The notes beneath the pieces are model-generated. The model had not been told where the DNA came from. It saw nothing but the letters and a program-made list of their open reading frames with translations, and searched no databases. 64,000 nucleotides of DNA. It comes from Lingula anatina. Lineage: Eukaryota > Animalia > Brachiopoda. This document shows positions 1 through 13,389 of the stretch, piece after piece; within the stretch, counting starts at the first letter, position 1; every line of letters begins with the position of its first letter. Where the stretch lies: positions 12,236,567 to 12,300,566 of the forward strand of contig CM120644.1 in NCBI GenBank assembly GCA_051362555.1, in the 5' to 3' direction. The position numbers and the translations under genes were made by a program.

Positions 1-592
1 CTATGTTAAGCAGTGTAAGTAAAACCTGAAAAGGCCATTAAATTTACGAAAATGTTTTTTAATAAATCCAAAATACAGACTTGTTTTAAAATAAAAGTAG
101 TTCATGTGAGAGAGGGAAAGGAAGAGACACTATGACAAAGATGCCCCACCATGTCTGAGATATTCAAGATATTGATCAACCAATGTGATTGTCTCATACA
201 TTTCATGTCACAATTAAGTCTTCAAATTGTGTATTTCAGAAACCTAAACGTAAAGCATTTTGGAGTTTTCACTCATCCTAGTGGATACATGAATTTTATC
301 ATTTATATGTTTAGATCTTTTAAAATACGAAAGGCATTGAGTGCATTTTAAACAGCAAATAATAAAATAATTAAATAATTAAAATTTGTTTTCCTGAAAA
401 TTTAAACAAATTTTCCTTTATCAGTAAGGTATACCCTCTCATCTGTTCAGATAATAAACATCCATTTACTTTATTTTCTGAGTTTTAAATTGTTGTAAAA
501 GTGTTGAAATATCAAAGCATTTTTTTTTTGCTTTATAAAGATCTAATGCTCATTTTGTGCCTTTAAAGATCTTAAAACCTCTTCTTTTGTAG

Positions 593-1534
593 GCTTCATA
601 CCAAACACAGAATTTTTGAGGAACAACGGCACATTCATACGTGGCTTTTGTAGATACATTATTGGTGGGCTCATGCGACCGTTTTTAAAGATCACGCGGA
701 CGGTGGAAGAGGGAGGACAGGCCATTGTACAGCTAGCTGTGGATGAGAAACTGGCAGGTATGGATATATTCAAAAATATTTTTTAAAAAATGAATGTATA
801 ATGTTCTCCAAAGACATGTTGTAATAGGTGTACATGCAGGAGTGTACTGAATCTGGGAAACTTGAAAAGTGAGCTTTTTATGTCTCCTTGATCTAAGTTG
901 AAGTAAGAATTAGGATATGTCCGCATTAGTAATGTAACAGACACAAGTGTGATGTTTGAAATTTGGCCGGTGATGGCCGCTTTTATTGGAAGTCGCATTA
1001 ATAAAAAGAAATAAAGCGTATTACTGATAAACATTGATAATGTTGATAGATGATATAAACTTAGTGTGCGCCAGAAGTATCAACATTTAAATTATAATTC
1101 CAGACAAATAGTGCACACATTTCAAATTGTGGGGTTGCAAAGAGGCCAACCGTCTTTTTTTTTGTCAGAAAGTATATCTTTTTGAGTAATTGAAAATGAT
1201 AAACTTTGAAAAGAAAAAGCTAAATTATAGGTCCTGGAGGAAAATTCTAGTGGAATGAGTGAAGCGTTTGAAAATAAATTCAATGACGACTGAAAGAGTT
1301 CACCCAAATTTATCAAATAAAGATAGAAAATGAAGTTAATCTCACAATAAAAAAAATGGTATCACAGTTCTGGTAAAGGTTGGCTGGATACTTTCAGGCC
1401 AGACGGGGAAGTTCTTCAGAGACTTTGTAGAGGATAAAGTATCTGTGGAAGCCACGAAGGAGCAAGATCAACAACGTCTGTGGCAGATCAGTGAGAAAAT
1501 GGTTGGATTGGAATCATATCAGGGCATGGATTAA
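593..1534 (+). CDS. Partial SDR (retinol dehydrogenase 12/13-like) gene; last two coding exons 593-757 and 1398-1534, 5' part lies upstream of the window
   Basis: ttttgtag|GC..G|gtatgg exon (165 nt, phase 1-1) encodes GFIPNTEFLRNNGTFIRGFCRYIIGGLMRPFLKITRTVEEGGQAIVQLAVDEKLAG. tttcag|GC exon encodes GQTGKFFRDFVEDKVSVEATKEQDQQRLWQISEKMVGLESYQGMD* (TAA 1532-1534). Both align with exons 5-6 of the - strand SDR, with the same exon-5 length and phase. Not in the ORF track. Confidence 0.88.
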
Positions 1535-4500
1535 TGGCAGGGACTAATTGGTTTTAGTGTTTTATTAATAAATTAGAAATATAGATATAAATCTCTTGCA
1601 GTTTTTGAAATGAAGATATTGTTAGTAATATTTGAAAAATAGATGGTGCAGACTTTCAGAAGTTCTTAGTTCTGAAAAGTAAGTCATCTTTCATGTCAGA
1701 AATTGTACTTTTTATAAGTAAATATAAAAGAAACACCTTTCAAACACCTCGGGTGTAACATTTAAAAGTAATCTATGAAGAAGCAATCATCTGAGCTTGT
1801 ATAACATAAAAATGATTTCATTTGGAGAATGACTCTGTCTGATATTTGTTACAACTAAGAATTTTGCTTCGTTCTCAGACGTGATCGATTAAAAAAACCT
1901 GTTAATTATTGATACATTGCCAAAATTTACCTGAAGTGTTTCACATATGTAGCCATGTTAAGTGTCTAACTGTTAATACGTTATGTATATGTTATTGTTA
2001 TATTAAACCATGTCTTGGGCCAGTGAGCATACAGTATTTTATATTTTAAAGTTCCTCGTATTACTGCGATTTCCCCATTTGTGAATGCTATGGCATACTA
2101 TTTCTCCCCTCGACACCCTAAAGGGTACAAGAAGGATGAAAAAAAAATGGCATGCTTCTTTTCAGCATGCCGTATTTATGCATTGCATATAGTCCTTGTA
2201 TTGTTATTAATAAATAATAATAATGTTTATTAGTTTAAGCACAATTTTTACTAAGGCTATGACCAAACAAATACATATGTAAGTAATGTAATGAAGTAGG
2301 TGATGTAAAATATTTGGTGTATATACCTGACCACAACTGAAAATAAAATATGGCCAGTTGTTTAGGAATTGTAATCGAAATTACATTTTTATGAAAACTG
2401 AAATAAAACAGTTTGTTCTCAAAGCACTGATGTGTTCGTATATGTCATAATAAATAAGATACAATATTAATTTTAGTTTTAAAAAGATTTTATTTGTGTT
2501 AGATTTTACAGCAAAACAATACTTACATACAACATACTTTTCCCCATGAAATTTATTACCATACATCCTTGTATCTACCACTATTTACAAATGAAAAAAA
2601 AATTGTCAGAGACCTACTTGATTGATAAGTAATCCAACAACCTGTAACCTAAATAATTTGTTTTACACCGTTTTCTTCCTATCTTTATCAGATAAATATG
2701 AAACACATAAATTTATTTTATGTCTTGTTTTTCACATTCCTTTGGTAAATGAGTCTAATATTGAATGCATGAACTTCTGAAAAAGTCAAAATGGTCCCCT
2801 CATGGATATTCAAAAAAGGGCCTTCTTGCTGCCATCTATGTTTGTGCAGGCAAGATGCCCTGCATAAGCATGTTGTCTGATTATTCATCCACCTGATCAA
2901 GTGCACTTTTGACATAGTTAATGATTTTCCCCCTTATCAGTATAATAGCTGATTGTCGTTACTGCTAGTAGAATATTGTAAGTAACACCGGGTTAAGATG
3001 CATTAAATTAATAATGATAATTTTAACTACCAGATAATATTGTATTTTGGAGAGTGCTGAAAAATATGTCAGAGTAATCTTCAAAAATTTGGGTGTGGAA
3101 TTGAATTTTGATTACAAATTTATGAGAAAATATCATTTTAAAAGAGATAATTAAAGATTAATGTTGTAAGTCATTAACTTGAAGAAAACTTACCATTATG
3201 TTTTAAAATTAAACATAATAATCTGCAAGCAATAATGGTGTTCTGAGAGCCCTGTACAATAATAAAATGATATAATTAAACTATGTCTTTACTTAATTAT
3301 ACTGTTAGAATTCAATAATTCATCAAATGATTCTCAAGTCAGTTTTAACACCAATATGGAAGATGAAAATTCATTATTCAAAGATTAAGCACCTCAATAT
3401 CTTAGTCAGCGGTGGGATTAAAAAAAAGCATTCCCTTACACTAAAATTTTGATCATGCACTGAAAGTACTTTTGAAAAAATGATTTCATAACATAAGATA
3501 TGCTTAATATTTTTGTTGTAGTTCTTTTTCCCCCATGCATTAATTGTAGACAGATCAGAAAACTTCAAGGCCTCATTAACATAAACTGTCATAAGCCTCA
3601 GTCAAAAAATTGTTTTAAATCAATAATTCACGCCTTAAACTACAGCATCTAAAACACAGCACGTCAGAAACACTGTCTGGAAGCCTTCGATGAAAATCCT
3701 CATATTATGCAAGCTGAGATTCTTCTATATCCTAGCAAAAAAAGCAGGTGTCATTCTCATCCAAAAAGAGAAGTGACATTATAAGTACATAATCCATCTC
3801 TGAAATACCATCACAACAAAAATGTACAAAATAGAGAAACTACATATGCAAAATATCCTTTAGAAAACTACTCTAGAAAAAAAATCCACTTGTTGCTAAA
3901 AATATGCCTTAACAATATACTAAAGTTAAACACACTGCAAAGAAAAATACGCCCAATTTTGTTGTGTAAACTTTCATGTCAAATCAGATCAAATTGGGCG
4001 CATTTCCAAATGAAACAATTGTACTTGATAGAACGATCCTTCTCCACAAGGACTTGCCTCCTCAAGCAGCACATGGAAGTAAATCACCGACTAGCTGCTC
4101 AAAGAGGCACATCATTTAGTTAATCTTATTGCATTTAGTGGGAGTACCCATAGTTGGATGGATCTACCTAGTCCAATAGTGTCAGCCTGAAAGTCGACCA
4201 TTACGTGCTATAATATGGCATTTTTAGGTAGCAGCTGTGCCTGTCCTTCAAAAAATTGTGCAACTGAGCAAATGTGTTTTTATATCAATACGTATACAAA
4301 AGACTTGGTGATCTCTTTACCCCCTCACACTGTCATTCACGTCACCACTGTATATTGTGTTACTTCCCTTCATTTCTATTCCCCATAGTAGGGAAGCAAT
4401 GGTGCAGGGAGGTAAAGGGATCTAAAAGACCAGGGGGTAGGCAGGCTAATTTTGCCCAAGAAATATCCTGGATATTATAGAATTAATAATAAAAATGTTA

Positions 4501-5496
4501 CAAAATTTAAATATTGTTTGACAATGTCAAATACTGTTACATCTTGTTATAAACTGGAAACGTTAATAGTTTTTTTTGTGTAGTACTATCATTCATAATG
4601 CCATTATGACATACAAAAAAATAATAATATTATAACAACTTACATTTTTTTTTCTGTGCACATATACAAAACAGCAACTTCAGTTATGGCATTTGTTTGT
4701 AGCACAGTCAAAAAGTTCAAATAAACTACTCACTGTATTAGAGTTTATAAATAAATTGGGGGGGGGGGGCGAGGAAGGGGGGGGTTAGAAACAGTAAAAC
4801 GAACCAATCTCTACCACGGCCCTTGCTCAGCATAAGGAGTTTGGTGAGGTGTCTACTGAAAAGTTCTCTCTATGCCATTGCCATGGACAAAGGCGAGAAC
4901 CAATATTTTGAACCCCAGGCTGCCAAATAATAACCATGCCCCTATATTAATCAAACAAGTCTGGAAATTCTGGCTCTTGAGTGTGACAGAAATGGGTCAC
5001 CGTGACCTTATTTCTCAACATTCCATTGGATGGAATGTCGTCTATAAAGGATTTTTCCTTAAGAGAAGTTCTTATCATTCAGTTTTACATATGAAAGAGC
5101 ACTAAAAATCAACTGAGAAAGTTTTTTCACATTATTTTACAAAACTGAGGCATATTAATATTCTAGTGAAAAAAAATTCTGCAAGAAATCTTACTACATG
5201 ATTCTACAAAAGCTGAACCCCTACACAACCACCAATACTCTTTTCAAACACTGTCAACATGTCAGCTCCAGCAAACTACAAAACCAAACATACACCTCAT
5301 TACACACAGGTTAAAAACCCCCAGCCATGTACAGCAAAATAAACAACACTTTGAGCCCTCCCCTCTCAAAGCTAGACAAATCCACTTTGAGATCTCCCCT
5401 TCTGCAGAAGGGTACACTTGGCATTTTACACAAGTCATTTTGATTGCATTGTTGAGACGTTGCCATAGAAATACTTGTTTCAGTTTTGGATACTTT

Positions 5497-8400
5497 CTAC
5501 TCCCCCTTGCTCTCTGCAGTGCTGTCCAACTTGGACGCCTCAGTTGTAGTGTCTCCACATCCCGATTCCGCAAAACTGCTTTCTGGGGGTACAGAGGAAT
5601 CATCGACAGTGGTGGAAAGTTCTGCCGTAGTGTCAGTGGTGGTATCCCCACCCTGTGACAGCTCAACTGGTGTCTCCTCGACCTTCTCCGGTTCAGCTGC
5701 AGCCCCTGCATTGTCGCCTTTCTTCTCACCTTCGGCAGAAGCGGCCTCTGCTGGTTTCTCATCACCTGCTGCTGGTTTGGCTGCAGCATCACTGGCACCT
5801 GTTCACATATAAATACACATGGTTTTGTCTTGAAATTATTTTTGGTGACCATGTTAGATTTCACGGCCATGTTTGAATTTTAATGAATTCCCCCCATATC
5901 TATATTTGCTTAGAATTGTATTTCCCACAATTGTGCCAAATTTTATGCTTGTAGGTAAATTTTTTTCACCAAATTGTTGGACTATGTACAGAATCTGAAT
6001 CTATATCTATTCATCTTGAGTGCACTTTAGAATATTAATTCTGGTAAAAAAAACTATACTGGCGTTTATTAAATAACAAAAGTATGGAGTTATAAAAATG
6101 AAGTCAGATAGTCTGATTGTTTCTTGCACCAACAAAAAATACCAATGTTATCTTAAGCACTATCAAATATCAATGTTATCTTAAACACTTGTCAACACTG
6201 CAACTCTTCTCTTTGCCACCCAGTCAACACACCAGGGCACTGCTGCTCTATTCAAGATGTTGACAAATCCACTCTCAGAGATGAAAACTTTTTTCCCTTT
6301 TTTTTTTTTTTTTTTTTTTTTTGCAATTCTGGACTGTGTTTTCAAAATGGCCCAACTCAACAACAGGAAAAAAAAAAGCACCCTTCTATACCCACCTTCT
6401 TCCTTCTTTTCCTCTTTCTTTACAGGTTCAGGGGGTGGGGGTGGGGCCTCTGCCTCTGGGGGCTCTATGGGGTCATACCCCTCCAGTTTGACCAGTCCTG
6501 CACTCATATTCCACAGCTTTTTCTGCACCTCCTCATCCAGGGACTCCGCAGAGGACTGGTGCTCTGTGGTTTCGAGGAAGTATTTTCCTGTCACGCCTGG
6601 AATTAAATAACAGTTATCAACAGCAGTTATCAATGGTCACCTGCAGAAGCTTATTTCTGACATCATCATTCTGTTAGCAGATTCCTGGAAGGGGGGTGGG
6701 GTGGGGTGGGGACACATTCACATTAATTTATATTGTAAATTCATATTGTTTAGTGTACTGAACATAGTTGGATTTAAGGCTTAAAATAAATAGTGTTATT
6801 ATTAATATTTATAACTTAAACCACAAATTTCAAATGATTTAGCAGGTTTTCTGGTACTGTATTTGCTTTTATATTTCAACTATCTTTTGCAATTAAATTT
6901 AAAAAAAATTAGTAAATAACTGAACAAACAAAAATAGGTTAAAATAAAATAAAGAAAGGAGAGACTGTAGTTTAGCCTACTTCACTATTATAAATCCCCT
7001 GACTGCAGTACCTTTCAACTCCTCATTAGTTGCTGCATTGACCACAGCCTGGGCAGCCTGACCAATAGTTCTGGTGGTGTGAGTAAAACGTAGAGCTCGG
7101 TGAAGAACCCACTTCATAAAGAACCGCTGGACCATGTTCTCGTTGCGTAGGAAGTTAGTGGTGGGGACATTGGCAGCTGGAATATGAAAAAAAGTCCCAA
7201 GTTCAACAGGTCACACAAAGATTGAAACTATACATTAAAAGAAAACAACTACTTTGCTTGCAAGGTGCTGGCCTAATAAATTTAATGAGAACCTTGAGCT
7301 ATGGCTCTGAGGAAAGTTTAAACAGTCACATATTTGTCATCTACATTTCACACACGCACATACACATCATGTATGTACATCAAGCAATAACTGCAAATAG
7401 ATTTATCATGCTTAAAAAAGTGACAGATAGAGCAAACAGTATATATTTTTCCTAAATCATTTCTACTTTCTACTCACCAAGGCAGACTGCATTACCTATA
7501 ACATTGGGCACTTTTAGTCAATTAGCAAACTTGTACTCACCAGGACAGACTGCATTAGCTGTAACCCCAGTCCCCTCCAGTTGCTTTGCCAGTTCATAAG
7601 CAAACATGACATTGGCCAGTTTGGAGTCCTTGTAAGCCTGCATGGAGTTATAGGTGCCGTACTTAGTGAGCATAAAGTTGTCCATGTCTAAAGGCACCAA
7701 GGCTGGAAAATGGTGAAGTCAGAACATGTGTAACTGATGAAATGTTTATGCTGAAAATGATAATTATAATGTTCTAATGAAGAAAAGAGAAAATGTTACT
7801 GAATTTCTACTGACATATAATAAAAAAAGCAATTATATCAAACTTTTGAATGAGCGATTATCATTGTTATAGTCAGCACATTAAAATTTTTTAGCTCTTA
7901 TCACAATTTTTTTAAACAATTAACTCCTTGACAAAAACAAAAAGCGTTCAAAAGTTGATTTACGTGGATTTCTCTTGCGTGCAACGTCCATGTTATGGGC
8001 TTCTGATGTCACCATGACAACACGAGCATCTCCGCTCTCAGCACCCGCTTTCTTGAGGTCGTCCAGCAGCAGATTGGTCAGCAGGAAATGACCTATTAGT
8101 CAAGACAAACAATTAAACAGAACAATGTGTTACAACTGCTACTGTGAAAACTTTAATAAAGGAAACAATTTACAAAAAGTATTAATATACTTCCCACAGT
8201 GTATGACATTCAGAAGAACCAGGATTTTATCTGTTGTCATATTTAGGTTTGTACTTTCATTAAAAACTGACTTTTCTCCACAAACCTGGACCCACTGATT
8301 AGAAATTATCCCTATTTCATTTAGTACAGAAATAAACAAATGAAACAAATAAATATAATGAAAACGATATAATCTGACGCTACTATACCGAGATGATTTG

Positions 8401-11400
8401 TTCCCATGGTTAACTCAAACTTGTCCGCTGTTTCTTTCCTCACACGGTCGCTCGCGGCTGCACAGACACCTGCGTTACAAACAAGGACATGAAGTTTCTT
8501 CTTGGTGGCATGGAAATCTTCCACAAACTTCCTGATTGACTCCATGCTTGACAAGTTTAACTGGAACGATAATGATATTTTTTCTTTACCATATCAATCA
8601 AGAACTAGAGGATCAGAGAGGCGATACCGCCTCCGAATATTGTACCACCAGCTGGAGCAAGCGCATTCGTATAGACCCCCACATACACAAAATAAGGGAC
8701 ACAGCCACCAGTTTTGTGCTTGACAAGCTGTAAAAATGCAATCAACAAGAATTTTTAAACTATTGCAAAAAATATATATGGTACAATCAAATTTAAGTTC
8801 TTCGTAAGGTAGGTCAAGGGTCAATTTCAAGGTCACAGTAAATTGCCAGTATATGACTTCCTATTCAAGTTCAAGAGTAACTATGGACCTATCTCTGTCA
8901 AGTTTGAAGTTAAAAGAGAAAGAAATTAGCAGAGTTCAGTTCATGATAAAAAGTAGGTCAAAGGTCAATTTCAAGGTCACATTTAGATTGCCAGTATATG
9001 ACTTTCTATTCAAGTTCAATAGTAACTATGGACCTATCTCTGCCAGTTTTGGAGATAAAAGGGAAGCAAAATTTGCAAAGTTCAGTTTATGGTGAAAAGT
9101 AGGACAAAGGTCAATTTTAATGTCACATTTATAATGCCAGTATATGACTTCCTATTCAAGTTCAATAGTAACTATGGACCTATCTCTGCCAGTTTTGGAG
9201 ATAAAAGGAAAGCAAAATATGCAAAATTCAGTTCATGGTGTAAAGTAGGTCAAAGGTCAATTTTAAGGTCACATTTAGATTGCCAGTATATGACTTCCTA
9301 TTCAAGTTCAATAGTAACTATGGACCTATCTCTGCCAGTTTTGGAGATAAAAGGAAAGCAAAATTTGCAAAGTTCAGTTCATGGTGAAAAGTAGGTCAAA
9401 GGTCAATTTCAAGGTCACATTTAGATTGCCAGTATATGACTTCCTATTCAAGTTCAATAGTAACTATGGACCTATCTCTGCCAGTTTTGGAGATAAAAGG
9501 GAAGCAAAATTCAGTTCATGGTGTAAAGTAGGTCAAAGGTCAATTTTAAGGTCACATTTAGATTGCCAGTATATGACTTCCTTTCCAAGTTCAATAGTAA
9601 CTATGGACCTATCTCTGCCAGTTTTGGAGATAAAAGGAAAGCAAAATTTGCAAAGTTCAGTTCATGGTGAAAAGTAGGCCAAAGGTCAATTTCAAGGTCA
9701 CATTTAGATTGCCAGTATATGACTTCCTATTCAAGTTCAATAGTAACTATGGACCTATCTCTGCCAGTTTTGGAGATAAAAGGAAAGCAAAATTTGCAAA
9801 ATTCAGTTCATGGTGTAAAGTAGGTCAAAGGTCAATTTTAAGGTCACATTTAGATTGCCAGTATATGACTTCCTATTCAAGTTCAATAGTAACTATGGAC
9901 CTATCTCTGCCAGTTTTGGAGATAAAAGGGAAGCAAATTTTGCAAAGTTCAGTTTATGGTGAAAAGTAGGTCAAAGGTCAATTTTAAGGTCACATTTAGA
10001 TTGCCAGTATATGACTTCCTATTCAAGTTCAATAGTAACTATGGACCTATCTCTGCCAGTTTTGGAGATAAAAGGGAAGAAAAATTTGCAAAGTTCAGTT
10101 CATGGTGAAAAGTAGGTCAAAGGTCACTTTCAAGGTCATAGTAAGATTGCCAGTATATGACTTCCTATTCAACTTCAATAGTAACTATGGACCTATCTCT
10201 GCCAGTTTTGGAGATATAAGGGACTAAATGTTATAATTTTGGAGTTACCATAATGTGCCTTACATTTCGTACAGAAAAAATTAATTAAAATAAAGAAAAT
10301 GTCATTTTGGTCAAAATTCTTGAAATAGGAGGTGCTCTGAAGTTTCAGAAGTTCAAATTTGATGAAATAATGTCATTTTTGAACACAAGTTGTCTGCTTT
10401 GCCAAGCCTTATGTTTTATTTTTCCAGAGTTCAAAATTTATTATCCATTACCGTACTGCACATTTTGCTTTTACCACCAATATGTACTTTTTGATACAGC
10501 GTAACTCGAAAACCGTATGGAATACAAAAAAACCGAGACCACCTCCAGTGTTGGGCTTTACATGCTCTACAAAATGCAAAAAAGAATGGGTCTCTAGCAT
10601 TAACGGTTCCCGAATTAGAGACAGTTTTCAGTTTCGGTATCTTATGGCCGCTACTCCCGTGAAAATGCACCGATTGACCCCAAATTCATGGAGATGAAAG
10701 ATGACCTGAAGGGTAACACCTTCCAATAATATTATTGGTTAAGTCTGTGTGGTGTCTGAATAACAGGGCAAAAAAAATTTTTTTCGTAAAAAATTTCATT
10801 TTTTTGAAAATTTTGGCCCATTTGACCTTGGAGTAAAGGTCAAAGGTCAAATCCAAGGGTATATTTGAAATCTACACATATGACTTTTGGAAAGCCGTCT
10901 ATAGAAATTTTTCCCATAACTCCTTCCGTAGGGTAGATAATTAGCATTTAATTTTGCCATTTTTAGACAAGGGTGCATTGCAATGAGTGCCACACCCAGA
11001 CCCCAATACCGACAAAGCCCAAATTTTACGTGGAACGAGTTGAGATTATAGGTGACCTAAATCCATGAGATGGGTACGGGGGCCCTTACCGTCTAGGAGG
11101 AGAAGCGGTAACGGTAGCCGTCCGGCGGAGCCAACGGAGCCGGCGGAACGATCCGGACGGGACCGAAACCATGTGTACCGCCAGCGCTAACGCTGGTGGT
11201 ACAATAAAGGTGTTTGAAAAGTTCCATCAGACATCAATAGCTCTTTTATCACACACTTAGTGAAACCCTTCTCACTCTTATGAACTTTTCCGGTTGCCTT
11301 GTAGTACTGCAGCTGCTGCACATGGGGGGTGGGGGGTGGGGTGGGGGGGTGGGGGGGGGGCTTAAAGTACTCTTGAAAATTGACATAATGTCACCTGTGT

Positions 11401-11988
11401 CACTTTGAGACTGATGAAGATGGCCAATGACATGTCATAATATTTTATTATATTGATAAGGTTTTCACTATGTTTGCCACAAAAGAGCTAGTGCTCACAA
11501 CAATATAGGTCATTAAATATTGTCTGAAAATGGAATCTGCTTAAACTAGATATAATTACTCAAAACATTAAAAAGAAAATATGAAAACAATAAATAAAAA
11601 TTCTGTTTAAGAATGCAGTTATGAAACATTTTGCAATAAACTCAAATATAATTCCAAAGACCTACTTAACACCAAACTCAAAGCACCATCATCATAAACT
11701 AAATTTCTAGCAAAACCAATTAACTTGACTCTCTTCCAAATGCTTTATTGACCTTACAAGAACACAAGTCAAATAAGACTGGAAAAGTTCAATTCTACGT
11801 AGAAAAGCTCGTAGAAAAAAATCAATTATCAGTGCTTGTAACACCATTGCAACCTTATATCACGTTATCTATCAAGGTGTAATTAGTCCAGTGGTTTTTT
11901 AGTCAAGTTTAATATATTTTGCCCAAGGCACAAATATGCTGATATGTTAGGTATGTATGTGCAGGTGTGTGTGCATGCATGCATGCGC

Positions 11989-12027
<39 letters not shown>

Positions 12028-13389
12028 TGAGTGCATACACTTGTCTCCAAAGGTGATTTAAAATGTCCTTTTATCAAATGTAAAAACGGATACAGGATTT
12101 TTTATACTAATTTGCAACTCTCAAAGAGCATCCATCTCTCAAGTGATTTGTCAGTGTTAATTCTAGCATAGTGTATCCACTGACATTTCCTTAATTATCC
12201 ACAAAAATAATACAAAAATGGGGGAATATATATCAAGCTGAGAAACATGCTCTTTTCTCTGCCCTTCAGTAGCCAGCTTTCCAAACCATAACTCCCAGTG
12301 TTTCATTAATGCCTGTCACATCGCATTTCAAGCAATAGCAGTAAAACAAAGGTCAGCTCGATAAAAAAATTGTAGTATGGCCGCATTTCTATCTGTTCGA
12401 AGATGAGACAGCTTTACTCAATATATGCTACTTCTGCAGACTGTGCGATTGGGCTTGCTGAACATGAGAAGTTTCTTGAAAAAAAATCCTTACATTCAGA
12501 AACCAAAGCTAATCCTAGAAACCTCGCTCAAAAATCTTTTTTTTTCCAACAAGTACTTGAGCCTGATCCAGACAGCTGATTACTCAAAGGAATAAAACTC
12601 AGATTGGCAATCCTAATTGACTGACTTGACTGATTGGATCAGGCAGAAGACATATTTTAAAATGGATTAATGGATTACAAGCTTCCAGTAAGGAATACCA
12701 GAGGAAGCTGGGAATAACAGATTTTTTTCCATTGTCAGAAATATCATACAAATCTGGGTTAAAAAATTTCTGAGCATATACTGATATATATATATTGAGA
12801 AAATTCTTAATTGGCTGGGGGTTCAGGACACCTGAAATCTCATCAAAACTGAATATAAAACCTCAGTTTTGTGATTTCCTGAAAAAAAGACATTCCTGTA
12901 ATATGCAGTAGTTGTCTGTCTCCTGTCAGTTTAAATGTGACACATCAAGACTGTGTTGCCACTTTGTGGTTCTATACAGAGATTTCTGTGGACAAGAAAT
13001 ATTGTGGGGTGTCAAGACTGAATGAAGATTTTTCTTTCCTTACAGAGGACTTTGTGTTTTAGGTGTGTGGTTCTTGAGCACCCTCCTCAACCATGCTTCA
13101 CAAACATGAATCTCTCACTGTCATAAATCTCTCCCACTCTCTCATTTCTTTAACTTAATAGAGCATATAACCTCTCTCTCTCACACACACACACACATAC
13201 ACACGCTACCTGCATAAACGTTGCCAGCGCATGTGGGTTCTCGCTCTGGATCTTCTGCACAGCATCGTTGCCTTTCGTCTCGTCTCTGCATGCCAAGATC
13301 ACGTTGTTGCCACCCTCACACAGGTACCGTGCAACTTCGTAGCCAATGCCACTGTTGGCGCCTGTCACTATGATAACCCTCCCTGTCAT
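5497..13389 (-). CDS. Classical SDR, retinol dehydrogenase 12/13/WWOX-like, 436 aa; coding exons 13389-13210, 8560-8389, 8092-7964, 7702-7541, 7176-7012, 6596-6396, 5798-5497
   Basis: TGANSGIG Rossmann motif, [18 protein letters not shown], catalytic YKDSK (YxxxK), VTGKYF..LW C-terminal motif. All introns are GT-AG with consistent phases; total 1311 nt = 437 codons including TAG. Confidence 0.93.
8603..11208 (+). mobile_element. Non-autonomous Helentron/HINE (DINE-1/pearl-like) element with internal satellite array, in an SDR intron
   Basis: Starts AACTAGAG with a short hairpin (gaggcg-atac-cgcctc). Subterminal ATTGTACCACCAGC at 8639 is the reverse complement of GCTGGTGGTACAAT near 11192. 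3' GC-rich low-complexity tract, then hairpin TGTACCGCCAGCG-ctaa-CGCTGGTGGTACA (11174-11203) and ATAAA. No transposase ORF. Confidence 0.7.
8806..10222. repeat. Tandem array, ~10 copies of a 146-bp unit
   Basis: AAGTAGGTCAAAGGTCAA recurs at ~8951, 9097, 9243, 9389, 9526, 9672, 9818, 9964, 10110; one unit has a 9-bp deletion. Confidence 0.95.
11991..12023. repeat. (GT)n microsatellite
   Basis: Visible GT run. Confidence 0.9.

Noticed and set aside
5262-5876. ORFs 5262-5870 (-), 5440-5658, 5486-5812, 5655-5876 (+)
   Set aside because: Alternative frames or antisense of the SDR last exon; splice phase selects the acidic frame ending at 5497.
8853-9969. Repeated ~100-aa ORFs and a CRISPR-like periodic look
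   Set aside because: By-products of a 146-bp tandem repeat; no unique spacers, no cas genes, eukaryotic context.
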